From an uncultured delta proteobacterium (lineage in GTDB: Bacteria; Desulfobacterota; Binatia; UBA9968): a stretch of 64,000 nucleotides of DNA. The stretch covers positions 1-64,000 of the forward strand of contig CAWJBB010000080.1 of the NCBI GenBank assembly GCA_963840855.1, read 5' to 3'. Positions 9,677-19,736 of this stretch are shown piece by piece (the first letter of the stretch is position 1; each line of letters starts with the position of its first letter). The notes beneath the pieces are model-generated. The model was not told the origin of the DNA, did not search any database, and saw only the letters and a program-made list of their open reading frames with translations. The position numbers and the translations under genes are program-made.

Positions 9677-10624
9677 ATGCACAAAAGCCATTCCTCCAAG
9701 TGCGCCCGGCGGGCGGGCGCGTTCCTCCGGACCATCGGGCTCGCTGCCGGCTTGGCAGCGCTCAGCACAGACCCTATAGGGACGGCACACGGCCAAACCG
9801 TCGCCAATCCGATGAAACCCATCCCTATCCCCGCGCAGGTTCCGGCCAAGGAGGGCGTGGCGCAGATTCCCGACACCCGTCTCTGGTACTGGGACACGGG
9901 CGGCCAGGGCGTGCCGATCGTGCTTATGCATCCGGCGACCGGCAGCGCGCTGATCTGGGGTTACCAGCAGCCGGTGTTCGCGAAGGCCGGCTACCGCGTC
10001 ATCGCCTATTCACGGCGCGGCTACTACAACTCCGCGCCCCACGACCAGAGCAATCCTGGCATCGGCTCCGAGGACCTTAAGAACCTCGCGGATGTCCTGG
10101 GTCTTGGACGATTTCATGTGGTGGCGTCGGCGGCCGGCGGCAGCATCGCGTCGGATTTCGCGTTTTCCTACCAGGACCGGCTCATGAGCCTGACCATTTC
10201 CAGCAATTCCTTCGGCGTGCGCGCGGGCGAGATCGCAAAAGTGGCGGCCTCCATTCGCCCCAAGGGCTTTGATCAATTGCCGCCCGAATTTCGCGAGATC
10301 GGTCCATCATACCGAGCAGCCAACCCCGAAGGCGTCAGGGCGTGGATCGAGCTCGAGCACAAGGCGCTGATCGGGCCCCGAGTTTCGCAAACGCTCAAGA
10401 ATCAGATCACGCAGGCGAAGCTCAAGGAACTCAAGCTGCCGACACTGTTGATTGCCGGCGCTGCGGACCTGTATACGCCGCCGTCGATCTCGCGGATGAT
10501 CGCGGCCGAGATTCCGAACAGCCGGGTAGTGATGATACCCGAGGCCGGGCACTCGATCTACTGGGAGCAGCCGGAGCTCTTCAATCGCGCCATTCTCGAC
10601 TTCATCGGAGGCCAATCGAAATAG
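9677..10624 (+). CDS. Alpha/beta-fold protein with non-canonical nucleophile elbow, probably exported
   Basis: SRRGYY, HVVASAAGGS, PTLLIAG.AD, EAGHS; N-terminal RRAGAFL followed by a hydrophobic stretch; start uncertain (9647 or 9677). Confidence 0.8.
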   Translation: MHKSHSSKCARRAGAFLRTIGLAAGLAALSTDPIGTAHGQTVANPMKPIPIPAQVPAKEGVAQIPDTRLWYWDTGGQGVPIVLMHPATGSALIWGYQQPVFAKAGYRVIAYSRRGYYNSAPHDQSNPGIGSEDLKNLADVLGLGRFHVVASAAGGSIASDFAFSYQDRLMSLTISSNSFGVRAGEIAKVAASIRPKGFDQLPPEFREIGPSYRAANPEGVRAWIELEHKALIGPRVSQTLKNQITQAKLKELKLPTLLIAGAADLYTPPSISRMIAAEIPNSRVVMIPEAGHSIYWEQPELFNRAILDFIGGQSK

Positions 10625-10844
10625 CGCCAAGGCTTCACAACCTTGGTGTGGGAGAAGGTGCAGCAAGCGAGGGGGAAAAATTTCGGAGACACAATACAAT
10701 TTTCACGACGCGTGTTTAATTGGACGACCCGTTTTCGTATCGTCAAATCTCGACAGTCAACTTTTCAATCCACTCTACAAAACGCGCTTCCCGAATCTCG
10801 ACACACCAATAGTAAAGATGTCCCCCTTTTTCTCCTGCCGTCAT

Positions 10845-11888
10845 TCACCTGCGTGGTGGAAGGGGATCTATTCCAGCGATGGTTTTAAAAACTCTAACGA
10901 CCTCAGTATCCCGCGGCAGCTCCGCGACAAGTTTCTGCTGGTCTTCCGGCATGAGTGGCGTCGGAGGAACTCCAAGAAGTTTTTTGTATTGTTCGTGAAA
11001 TTGGCGATCTTCGTAAGCACTGCGAAAGCCTTGCCTGAGTATCTCGACGAGTTTCTCCGGGGTGCTCGGGGGCAGATAAATTAGCGTTCCGACTCCCCAA
11101 AAAACCCGCGACATGATCAAAACTTGGCTCTCTATCTCAGACCGCACGAAAGCCTCGATTTCAGGCAAATTGGCAAATTGACGGGGACGATGTCCTTTGG
11201 GAATCTCTAGAATCGCATGGAAATCGACGAGCTTTTTGTATCCCTCTGACATCGATACCGTGTCAACCGCGACCGCTCTAGCATCGATCTCACCTCGCTC
11301 CAAGGCTATATCCAACTCAGTTCCTGCATAGCCAACAACGAATTTCGAATCTTTGAGATCTAAAAGCCAAGCGAACAACCGGCCCCGAATGTACTGTACG
11401 TGGCCCACCGATTGGGCTCCGATTCTGAGCCCCGAAGCACCGCGCAGCTTTTCCAAGCTGTTTATACCGAGAGCTTTTCGGGTGGCAAACATATTATTGT
11501 TCTCGCTGAAAGGGGATCCGAGATAGATAAACTTGTAAGGATTATATTCGACACCCGGCTCGCCGAGTATGGCGCTTGCGAGTACGCCCGGCGAGCTGGC
11601 GCCGATCGTCAGTCCCTCCGCCTTTGCCCTATAGACGTAATTGGCGGCCTGTCGGCCCCCTCCTCCAGGCATATATTCTGGAACGACAGTTGGATTCCCG
11701 GGAATGTACTTTTGCAGGAAGGGCAGGATAGCTTTAGTTCTTAAGTCTCCTACACCTCCAGGACTGCGCCCTTCAATAACTGTAATTGTTTTCCCCTTGT
11801 AATAAAGTGGTTGGGCGCTGCTCTCCTTTGGGAACAAGAGAATAAGTGCCCAGAAACCGAATCCGAGCCAATGGCCAAGGCGTCTCAT
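10845..11888 (-). CDS. Tripartite tricarboxylate transporter substrate-binding protein (TctC/Bug)
   Basis: YKGKTITV..G.SPGG..D, IPGNPT...YMPGGGG, LERGEID. Confidence 0.85.
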   Translation of the reverse strand: MRRLGHWLGFGFWALILLFPKESSAQPLYYKGKTITVIEGRSPGGVGDLRTKAILPFLQKYIPGNPTVVPEYMPGGGGRQAANYVYRAKAEGLTIGASSPGVLASAILGEPGVEYNPYKFIYLGSPFSENNNMFATRKALGINSLEKLRGASGLRIGAQSVGHVQYIRGRLFAWLLDLKDSKFVVGYAGTELDIALERGEIDARAVAVDTVSMSEGYKKLVDFHAILEIPKGHRPRQFANLPEIEAFVRSEIESQVLIMSRVFWGVGTLIYLPPSTPEKLVEILRQGFRSAYEDRQFHEQYKKLLGVPPTPLMPEDQQKLVAELPRDTEVVRVFKTIAGIDPLPPRR

Positions 11889-12332
11889 TTTTACCCTCCG
11901 CGCCCTCAATTTAGTATCAACCCATTGTTCGACCGCGGTGCGTAAGCAGGGCAAGCCAGACTTGTCAAAAAGTTGCCCGCATCCACGAACGTTTTAGCTA
12001 GGGACTTATTCCGGTTCTCAAAGTCGTGTCAAGAGGTGTTAAAACCCCGCTTCGGAACGTTCGTGCGTACAGAGCCGACGATCGATCCGCGCATCGCGTG
12101 GGCCAAGCTCAAGTCGCTGGCAAGGGCGTGGCCATCGTCTCAAGCAACTTTGGAATTAGCAGGCATCACCGCTCTCTTGGACAAATCGCGCGGTATCCTG
12201 CGCGCCCTCCCAGCATGTCGAGCACCCCTGTCCGGCTCTAGCACTTCACTGCTCTATTGAAAGCTCAGAGCGTATGTAATAACGGTGCTGTATATGCCAG
12301 AAGGGCCCATAAGAAAAGGCTGGAGGTGAACT

Positions 12333-13451
12333 ATGAATATTAAAATTCTTAGCCCGGCAGCAATCTTTTTTTTCATGGGCGCATCGATTTTTGCCACGAC
12401 TGCAGCTGCTCAGGGCAGTGCGATGCTGTTGAAAGCAAAAACGGAGGCGGAGACGAAAGGCTATATCTTTGAGACCAGTCGCGACGCGATCGTGGCGAAG
12501 GCGAAGAAGGAAGGAAAGCTCGTAGTTTTCAGCTCCCAGGATGCGGAAACCATCCGGGCCGCGACTGACGCTTTCCGGAAAAAATACCCGTTCATCGATG
12601 TAAAGGCGACTGAGATCGCCGGTACGGATACTTACACCCGGATGATCCAGGAGTTGAGCCTCGGAAAGACCACGGCGTGGGATGTAAATTATGTGGCCTT
12701 TGACTATTACAGTCAGTATCTTCCGCACCAGAAAAAGTTCGACATGCTCGGCATGGCCAAGCATGGAGTGCTGCGGATACCGCCGGAAATGGTCGACCCG
12801 GTCAACCGCCACATCCTCGCTCTGCAGACCAATATGCAAGTGCTCGCTTACAACAAAAGATTGGTGCCAGAAAATACCACCCCGGCAACCTACGAGGACA
12901 TGCTGAAACCCGAATTCAAGGGGAAAAAATTTGCGACGGATGTTCGGCCGAGAGCTGTTGCCGCGCTCGTGCCGGCCTGGGGGTTGGAGAAAGTGTTGGT
13001 TTATGCCAAAAAGCTAGCGGCCCAAGACCCCATCTGGACTCGGGGGGACACCCGGACCCTACCTCTTATGACAGGCGGAGAAATTCCCATGAATCTTGGC
13101 TTGAATTACAAAGGTTACCTGAGATTCAAGGAAAAAGACGTTCAAGATGTCCTGGGCGCAAAAATTGTTGAGCCCATTCCGGTGCGCCTGACGGAAGCGG
13201 AGGGCGTCTCGGCCACGGCGCAGAACCCCTACGCGGGCCTGTTATGGCTGGAGTTCCAAGCAAGCCCGGAAGGTCAAGCTATCCTGGATAAAGTGGACCG
13301 AGCGGCCTCGCATTTAACTGCGGGCACGTTTCATGAAAAGGCGACGCGGGGCAAGAAAGTTTCCTTGTTGAGCTGGGAACATTATCCCCAAATGGGAAGG
13401 TACGAGGAGGAGGTCGTGAAGGCTTTCGGCTTTCCCAGGGCGGACAAGTGA
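12333..13451 (+). CDS. ABC extracellular solute-binding protein
   Basis: Signal peptide, AKKEGKL, AYNKRLV, DMLKPEFKGK, NPYAGLLWLEF; paralog-like to 6891. Confidence 0.85.
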   Translation: MNIKILSPAAIFFFMGASIFATTAAAQGSAMLLKAKTEAETKGYIFETSRDAIVAKAKKEGKLVVFSSQDAETIRAATDAFRKKYPFIDVKATEIAGTDTYTRMIQELSLGKTTAWDVNYVAFDYYSQYLPHQKKFDMLGMAKHGVLRIPPEMVDPVNRHILALQTNMQVLAYNKRLVPENTTPATYEDMLKPEFKGKKFATDVRPRAVAALVPAWGLEKVLVYAKKLAAQDPIWTRGDTRTLPLMTGGEIPMNLGLNYKGYLRFKEKDVQDVLGAKIVEPIPVRLTEAEGVSATAQNPYAGLLWLEFQASPEGQAILDKVDRAASHLTAGTFHEKATRGKKVSLLSWEHYPQMGRYEEEVVKAFGFPRADK

Positions 13452-13515
13452 AAGTAATATTTGAGAGGTGGATTGCCCACTTTGACATATGCATCAACCT
13501 AGTATCGCGCGTGGC

Positions 13516-13577
13516 CCGTTCCAGTAGTTCCAAACGTTCAATCGCTTCGCTACGTTCAAAACGTTCAACGGATTGAA
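13516..13577. repeat. GTTCAA micro-array, 9-bp period with one 18-bp unit
   Basis: Cores at 13518, 13527, 13536, 13554, 13563; reverse-complement homolog of 5175-5227. Confidence 0.85.
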
Positions 13578-13618
13578 AACCCCGGGAAAACTTGCACGTT
13601 TTGAGAATTCTCAAAACG

Positions 13619-14696
13619 TCAGTGGCAAGATGTAATGGCTTTCGCCACTTCCCTTGGATTTACGATAAACATATCGTGAACCGCATCGGGGGCGTCAATC
13701 AAAACGACATTCGCAGACGGCGCATTGCCCGTTAAAAAAGTGCCTAGATCCAGGTGTTCCTGCAGAAGATTTTCGCCGGGAACCGCGAGGTCTTCGCTAA
13801 AAGTGACGATACGAAAACATTTTTGCACCCGCTTGTTAAATATTCCTCGATTGACCGACGGACGCACAAATCCGTTGGATCCCAATAATTGCAGGGTCAT
13901 GATGAGAGCTTCATTGGATACGTAATTTGATTCGAGCGCGGTTGTAAATGGCGTGCCCGCGACAAATTCCCCCAGACTGTTGGTAAAGAAAAATGTCAAC
14001 CAAATTCCCAAAAGTTCGGCCTGTTCTGCCCGGTCGTTTGACAGCAATTGAAGATAAGACCCCGAGGCTTGGATCAGAGCTTACAAGAATTGCGGCAATC
14101 TGCGAGGCTGCCCCTGATTGAACAAATAACCATGGAAGTGGATTTGGGATAGAAGGAGCAAGCAAATACACGTTTTTAATTCCATATTCTTTTTGGAGGG
14201 AAGTGCCACTAGACCTAAGGCTGTTTTGAGCCGTTTGTATAATGAGTCCACCCATACTATGCCCGACAATACTTTCGATGTTTATTTGTTTCGGGAGTTG
14301 ATCCAATACACCAAGAAGAACTGCCGTATAGTCTTCGACGGTTAGATTTCCAAACTGCAAATTCGATGGCAGTCCGCTACCATTTCGACCGGGAAAGTTA
14401 AGCGCAAGAACACGATCTATTTTGTCGCGACCAGTCTTTTCGAAGATTTCATTCGCTAGCGGCTCAAACGTCGCTCCGGTATGGGCGAGTCCATGAACAG
14501 CCAAAAGCGTTTTGTTTCCACCGTTTTTATTAGGATTTTCGAAGTTATCGATCTGGATATCGACGATTCCGCCGCCAGGAAGAGAGACGCTGACGAGGCT
14601 CGGAACGTCCTTTGATCTTGCGTACGCGTGCGTCGCGTATGCCAGCATGACGAGAGCTGCCAGAGTGAATGTAATTATTCTAAACGGATGTTTCAT
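13619..14696 (-). pseudogene. Secreted alpha/beta hydrolase split by a frameshift near 14045
   Basis: ORF 13911-14696 has a signal peptide, HGL and GHSMGG; ORF 13619-14047 supplies the C-terminus with the catalytic His (DAVHDMF). Confidence 0.7.
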
Positions 14697-14925
14697 GCGG
14701 AGCTCCTTGTTTATAGAGTAGTTTAAAACTCATAATTGCTGCGTGATTAGTCTGAGAAGCAATAGCAACTGTTCTTATTCGATCCTTGTCCCTAGTTGTT
14801 CTGCCTCCGAGTAAACCCCACTGACAGACACGTCTGGCGCGGATATCGGTAAGGTTTAAGCAGGCTCGAAACGGATTGCAGTTCAATATTGGACGATCTT
14901 AAAAGAATCTGGGGGCGGCTTAATA

Positions 14926-15022
14926 AAAGGATAAAGGCGAAAGAATAAGGGTCGTGCTCGTGTTTCGTTATCGTTGGGGGGCTTCGGAAAGGATAAAGGC
15001 AAAGAGATAAAGGATAAACGGG
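14926..15022. repeat. AAAGGAT-type heptamer arrays flanking a TCGTG-type hexamer run
   Basis: AAAGGAT AAAGGCG AAAGAAT ... AAAGGAT AAAGGCA AAGAGAT AAAGGAT. Confidence 0.65.
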
Positions 15023-15069
15023 GAGAACCCAATCACGTTTTCGGAATTCTTGATTTGGCTTTTGTGTGA

Positions 15070-15113
15070 GTTCAACGGCTTGAACGATTTGAACGTTTTG
15101 AACCACTTGAACG
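15070..15113. repeat. GTTCAA plus (TTGAAC)4 micro-array, 9-bp period
   Basis: TTGAAC at 15080, 15089, 15098, 15107. Confidence 0.85.
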
Positions 15114-15134
15114 CAGAATCTTTAGTCTTCTACG

Positions 15135-16307
15135 CTACACCGCCCGTAGCGCCTGGGTGATATTCAGTCGCGCCGCGCGCACGGCGGGCAAGAAACCGCC
15201 GATGAGACCCATGAGCAACGAAAAGCCCAGGGCGTTGGCAATGATCGACGGCGACAGCGCGAAAGAAAACGCCAGCTCTGAGAACGAGCCGAGATTGAGC
15301 GTCGAAATGGTGAAGAACTGAAGCACGGAGGCGAGCCCGAGTCCGGCCAATCCGCCGGCGAAGGACAACAGCAAGGCTTCCAGGAGAAACGCCAGCAGAA
15401 TGCTGCGACGCTGGAATCCCAGCGCCCTGAGGGTGCCAATCTCGGTGGTTCGGTTGGCCACCGCGCCGTACATGGTGATCATGGCGCCGATGGTGGCGCC
15501 GGCGCTGAATATCACCGTGACAAACAAGCCGAGAATGCGGATGAAAGTCGCCATCATTTCCGACTGCTCTTCGAAAAACTTTTTCTCGCGCTTGGGAATA
15601 AAATACTGCAAGCGGTTATCGGCGTTGAAGCTGGACACCAGCGCGGCGAGATCGTCCGGGTTATTGAGCCGAAACGTAATCGTTGACACCGACGAGCGCT
15701 TGAAGGCATCGGCCACTTGGTTGAGATCGCCCCAGATTTCTGAATCGAAACCGCTGCCGTCGGCGTCGAAAATACCCACGACGGTCCACTGGTCGCCGCC
15801 GAATTTTATGCGCCGGCCGATCTGCGCGCCATCGAAACGTTTGGTGATGCCCGCGCCGGCGATAACTTCCCGCGCGCCCCATTTGAACATGCGTCCCTGG
15901 ACCACGCGCACCTGAGGTCTAAGGTCCAGGCCGGCCGCTTCGACGCCGCGCACGATGACGTTACTGATGCCGTCGGCGCCGAGTTTGTTAAGATTGATTA
16001 TGACGACGACTTCCTTGGAACTCATGGGCCGGCCGTCATTGAAACGCGCCACCTGCGGCAGATTGCTTACGATGCCGGCGGCTTCGCGGTCGATGATGCT
16101 CATGATTTCGCTCATGGCGGCCTTGCGCGCGACCATGACGTTATCATCGGAACCCGTTGAGCGCAGCGTGCGCTGCACGCCGTTGGCCATCATCAGGACC
16201 GCAGTATAGACGAACACCACCAAAGCGATGCCCGCGAGCGTCATGAAAGCGGTCAAACGGCGCGACGAAGAACTGCGAAGAATATATTTAACTGGAACCC
16301 GCGCCAC
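15135..16307 (-). CDS. ABC transporter permease (FtsX/MacB family)
   Basis: RTTEIGTLRALGF, PAVRAARL; MacB periplasmic core. Confidence 0.92.
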   Translation of the reverse strand: MARVPVKYILRSSSSRRLTAFMTLAGIALVVFVYTAVLMMANGVQRTLRSTGSDDNVMVARKAAMSEIMSIIDREAAGIVSNLPQVARFNDGRPMSSKEVVVIINLNKLGADGISNVIVRGVEAAGLDLRPQVRVVQGRMFKWGAREVIAGAGITKRFDGAQIGRRIKFGGDQWTVVGIFDADGSGFDSEIWGDLNQVADAFKRSSVSTITFRLNNPDDLAALVSSFNADNRLQYFIPKREKKFFEEQSEMMATFIRILGLFVTVIFSAGATIGAMITMYGAVANRTTEIGTLRALGFQRRSILLAFLLEALLLSFAGGLAGLGLASVLQFFTISTLNLGSFSELAFSFALSPSIIANALGFSLLMGLIGGFLPAVRAARLNITQALRAV

Positions 16308-16346
16308 TTTGTGTCCCTTCGACTTTTAGCCTGTGCCTTCGTACGG

Positions 16347-16384
16347 TTGAATTGTTCGTCTCGAACGGTTTGAACGTCTTGAAC
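16347..16384. repeat. TTGAAC micro-array, 9-bp period
   Basis: Cores at 16361 (TCGAAC), 16370, 16379. Confidence 0.75.
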
Positions 16385-16389
16385 AGCGA

Positions 16390-17550
16390 CTATCCCACGT
16401 AGCGCAGCCCTTCGACGATGCGGGTCGTCACCACGCGCCGCATCGGAATCAACGACGCCACGACGCCGACGAGCAAACCGGCGGCGCAGGCCATGACCAC
16501 GGTCTCCGGCTTGATATAAAAGACCGGGAACCAGCCTTTCGGCAATGCCTTCTCAAAGCCCGCCACCGCCGGCAACGTGACCCCCAGCCCTAAAGCGCTG
16601 CCGAGCAGTGATAGAATCAACGACTCGCCGGCGATGAGGAAAAAAATCTGCGCGGCGGAAAAGCCCAGCGCCTTCAACACCGCGTACTCATGGGTGCGCT
16701 CGCGGGCGGACATGACCATCGTGTTGCCGAGCACCAGCAGGATGATGCCGATAATGACGAAAGACATGATGTTCATGGCCGTGATAATCGCGCTGGCGGC
16801 TGAAAGAAAACTTTGCTGAAAGGCCCGTTCGGTTTCGGTCTTGGTCTCGGCTCGCGAGTTGGCAAAAAGCTTGTCGATTTCCTCCGAGATGGCGGCGGAA
16901 TTTTCCGGATCGTCGATGCGCACGATATACCAGCCGATCTCTCCGGCGCGATCGGGCATCTCCTGACGGATCCGTTCTTCAATGTACTTGTAGTGAAACA
17001 TCATGGTCGCCGGGTCCGTGGTTTGATCTCTGGGAGTGTAGATGCCGCGCACGACGAATTCCCATTGCCCGGGAAAGATGTCACCCTCCACGGGCATGAT
17101 GTCGCCGATCTTGAGGTTGTAGCGCTGTGCGATGTCGATGCCGATGATCGCCGCGTTGCGCTCGCGCTTGAAGACTTCGAACTGTTCCTTGTCGATGAGA
17201 AACTCGGGGTACACGTCGAAGAACGTCTCCGAATCAACTCCGAGCCGGGCAAAAAATTGGTTCTTGTCGACATAGACGCCCGAGAACCAGATGGCGTAGG
17301 TCACTTTATTCACGCCCGGCACTCTGGCGATGCGGTCGCGGTAGGCCAGCGGCAGCGGAAAGACAAAAGATACCGCATGGCGGGTAATCAAACGGTTGGC
17401 GGCGGAGGCTTCGACGCCGGCGTACCAGGCCGTCACCACGGTGCGGAGCAGAGCAAAGGCCATCACCGCCACGCCGATTCCCAAGATGGTCAACACGCTG
17501 CGCAGCTTATGACGCAAAGAGTTACGCAGCATCAATCGGACAAGTTCCAT
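16390..17550 (-). CDS. ABC transporter permease (FtsX/MacB family)
   Basis: RNSLRHKLRS, RERTHEYAVLKALGF; start MELVRL chosen because the upstream extension lies in a repeat. Confidence 0.92.
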   Translation of the reverse strand: MELVRLMLRNSLRHKLRSVLTILGIGVAVMAFALLRTVVTAWYAGVEASAANRLITRHAVSFVFPLPLAYRDRIARVPGVNKVTYAIWFSGVYVDKNQFFARLGVDSETFFDVYPEFLIDKEQFEVFKRERNAAIIGIDIAQRYNLKIGDIMPVEGDIFPGQWEFVVRGIYTPRDQTTDPATMMFHYKYIEERIRQEMPDRAGEIGWYIVRIDDPENSAAISEEIDKLFANSRAETKTETERAFQQSFLSAASAIITAMNIMSFVIIGIILLVLGNTMVMSARERTHEYAVLKALGFSAAQIFFLIAGESLILSLLGSALGLGVTLPAVAGFEKALPKGWFPVFYIKPETVVMACAAGLLVGVVASLIPMRRVVTTRIVEGLRYVG

Positions 17551-17562
17551 AGATTCATGCTC

Positions 17563-17657
17563 GTTCAATGGTTCAAGGTTCAAGGTTCAAAGGTGTCAAA
17601 CTGTACGGAGTAATTCGAGTTACTCACACCTTGAACCTTGAACATTGAACTTTGAAC
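17563..17657. repeat. Inverted heptamer arrays forming a 95-bp hairpin
   Basis: (GTTCAAN)4 GGTGT...GAGTAAT-TCGA-GTTACTC ACACC (TTGAACN)4. Confidence 0.9.
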
Positions 17658-17665
17658 TAATCTAT

Positions 17666-18340
17666 CTAGGCCAGCTCTCCCTTCTCGAGATGACGCACGC
17701 AGCGGGCGCGCTCCGCGGCGCGTGGATCATGGGTGACCATGAGGATGGTCTTGTTCATCTCGCGGTTCAAACGGTCGATTAACCCGAGTACTTCTTCAGC
17801 CGACGTTTTGTCCAGGTCACCGGTGGGCTCGTCGGCGACGAGAATCGCCGGATCGGTGACGATCGCGCGGGCAATGGCAACCCGCTGTTCCTGACCGCCC
17901 GAGAGCTGGCGTGGATAATGGTGCAACCGGCCATCCAGGCCCACGGCTCTCAACGCGGTCTCGGCATGGACACGACGCTGTTTTTTCGAAAGCGGCGTCA
18001 GAATTAACGGCAGCTCGACGTTTTCCAGCGCGGTGAGCACGGGAATCAGGTTGTAAAATTGAAAGATGAAGCCGACATTGTGCGAGCGCCATGCGGCGAG
18101 TTCGGTTTCGTCCAATTCCGAGATGTTAGCTCCGGCGACAAAAATGCTTCCGGCCGTTGGTTTGTCAATCCCCGCGATGAGATTGAGCAACGTCGTCTTG
18201 CCGGAGCCGGACGGTCCCATGAAGGCGATGAATTCGCCCGGATCGATGGCAAGCGAGATGTTTTTCAGCACCGGAATTTCGAGACTATCCCGCCGGTACG
18301 ACTTGAACAGATTATGTACTTCAATGAGCGGCGCGGCCAT
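17666..18340 (-). CDS. ABC transporter ATP-binding protein (LolD/MacB-like)
   Basis: [27 protein letters not shown]. Confidence 0.95.
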   Translation of the reverse strand: MAAPLIEVHNLFKSYRRDSLEIPVLKNISLAIDPGEFIAFMGPSGSGKTTLLNLIAGIDKPTAGSIFVAGANISELDETELAAWRSHNVGFIFQFYNLIPVLTALENVELPLILTPLSKKQRRVHAETALRAVGLDGRLHHYPRQLSGGQEQRVAIARAIVTDPAILVADEPTGDLDKTSAEEVLGLIDRLNREMNKTILMVTHDPRAAERARCVRHLEKGELA

Positions 18341-18369
18341 GATTCCACCAACGAGTTGTTTACATCCTG

Positions 18370-18402
18370 CCGACCGTTTTGAACGGCTTGAACGATTTGA
18401 AC
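18370..18402. repeat. TTGAAC micro-array, 9-bp period
   Basis: TTGAAC at 18379, 18388, 18397. Confidence 0.8.
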
Positions 18403-18472
18403 TCCGTTTGCTGCCCGGGTCACTCCTGGGTCCGCGCTAGGTTATGCTGATTGCTAGCGCGTAAACATCCGA

Positions 18473-19669
18473 TCAGGCGTCCTTCACCACGACTTTGACT
18501 CCGGCGGCAATCTGGTTGTCGATCTTGCTGATGACCTTGTCGCCTTCCTTAAGTCCCTGTTTGATTTCCACCAGGCTGCCCAGAGTCCGTCCAGTGACCA
18601 CCGGCACCTCGGCGGCATGATTTTTCTCGACCTGATAGACGACTTGCCGGCCATTGCGCGCCGCCACCGCGGCCGCGGGCAACGTAAGCAACGGCTTGTT
18701 ATCGCCCTGCTGAGTCGTCATGTCGTGGGCGAGAAACGTCACTTTTGCGCTCATCTCAGGCAACACGCGCCGGTCATAGGATTTAAAGCGAATCTTCACC
18801 ATCACCGTGGCTTTGGCGCGATCCGCCGTCGGCACGATCTTGCTGACGTAACCCTGATACGCCTGCTCCGGATAAGCGTCCAGGCGAATTTCGCAGGCTT
18901 GCTCGTTTTTTACCCGCGTGATGTTAGCTTCAGCCACGTCGGCGTCCACTTCCAGCGATGACAAATCGGCGATGGTCACCACCGCTGCCCGGGAGCTGGC
19001 GGCCCCCGCCAGCGGCGCCATGATCTCGCCGATGTCGGCGTTCTTGCGCAATACCGTGCCGTCGAAGGGCGCGACGATTTTAGTGTAATCCACCGCCACT
19101 TCGGCCTCGCGCACCGCGAAGCGCGCCGAATCGATGGACGCCAGCACCCGCTTATAGCGCGCCTCCGCAGTGTCATAGTCAGCCTGCGCGACAAAATCTT
19201 TCTCAAGCAGCATCTTCTGTCGCTTGAGCGATTCCCTGGCATCGTTTAGCTCCGCCTCCGCCGCTGCCAAATCGGCGCGCGAGCGCCGCAGGGTCGCCGT
19301 GACATCGTCATCTTCGAGGCGAGCGATCACCTGGCCCCTCTTAACGTGGTCGCCCTCTTCAACGCCCAGAAAAACCAACCGGCCAGTGCCCTTGGACGCC
19401 ACGGCTGCTTTGCGCCGAGCGATCACATAACCACTGGCAGTCAAGACCGATTGCGCCTGCGCCGGTGAAATCAAAGCCGCCGTAGCAAGCCTCACTTCGA
19501 CGCCCGGATTGAAAAAATCCCGGAGGAAAAAGACTGCGCCAGCCAGGACAACCACAAGCGCCAACCAGAAAAATACTTTGCCGAAGCGGCGGCGCGTCTT
19601 GCCGGAGCCTGTGCCCTGCGCTGAACGATCAATGCGCAACGACGCCAGGTCGGTGTCTCTGCTTTCCAT
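18473..19669 (-). CDS. Efflux periplasmic adaptor (MacA/HlyD family)
   Basis: TM anchor, ASGY, EGDHVKRGQVIARL, APFDGTV, PEMSAKV. Confidence 0.92.
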   Translation of the reverse strand: MESRDTDLASLRIDRSAQGTGSGKTRRRFGKVFFWLALVVVLAGAVFFLRDFFNPGVEVRLATAALISPAQAQSVLTASGYVIARRKAAVASKGTGRLVFLGVEEGDHVKRGQVIARLEDDDVTATLRRSRADLAAAEAELNDARESLKRQKMLLEKDFVAQADYDTAEARYKRVLASIDSARFAVREAEVAVDYTKIVAPFDGTVLRKNADIGEIMAPLAGAASSRAAVVTIADLSSLEVDADVAEANITRVKNEQACEIRLDAYPEQAYQGYVSKIVPTADRAKATVMVKIRFKSYDRRVLPEMSAKVTFLAHDMTTQQGDNKPLLTLPAAAVAARNGRQVVYQVEKNHAAEVPVVTGRTLGSLVEIKQGLKEGDKVISKIDNQIAAGVKVVVKDA

Positions 19670-19736
19670 GTTAATTATTAACTTTCCCGTTAATCGCTCG
19701 TTTTTCAAGACAATCGCAAAATGTTACTCATGGATC

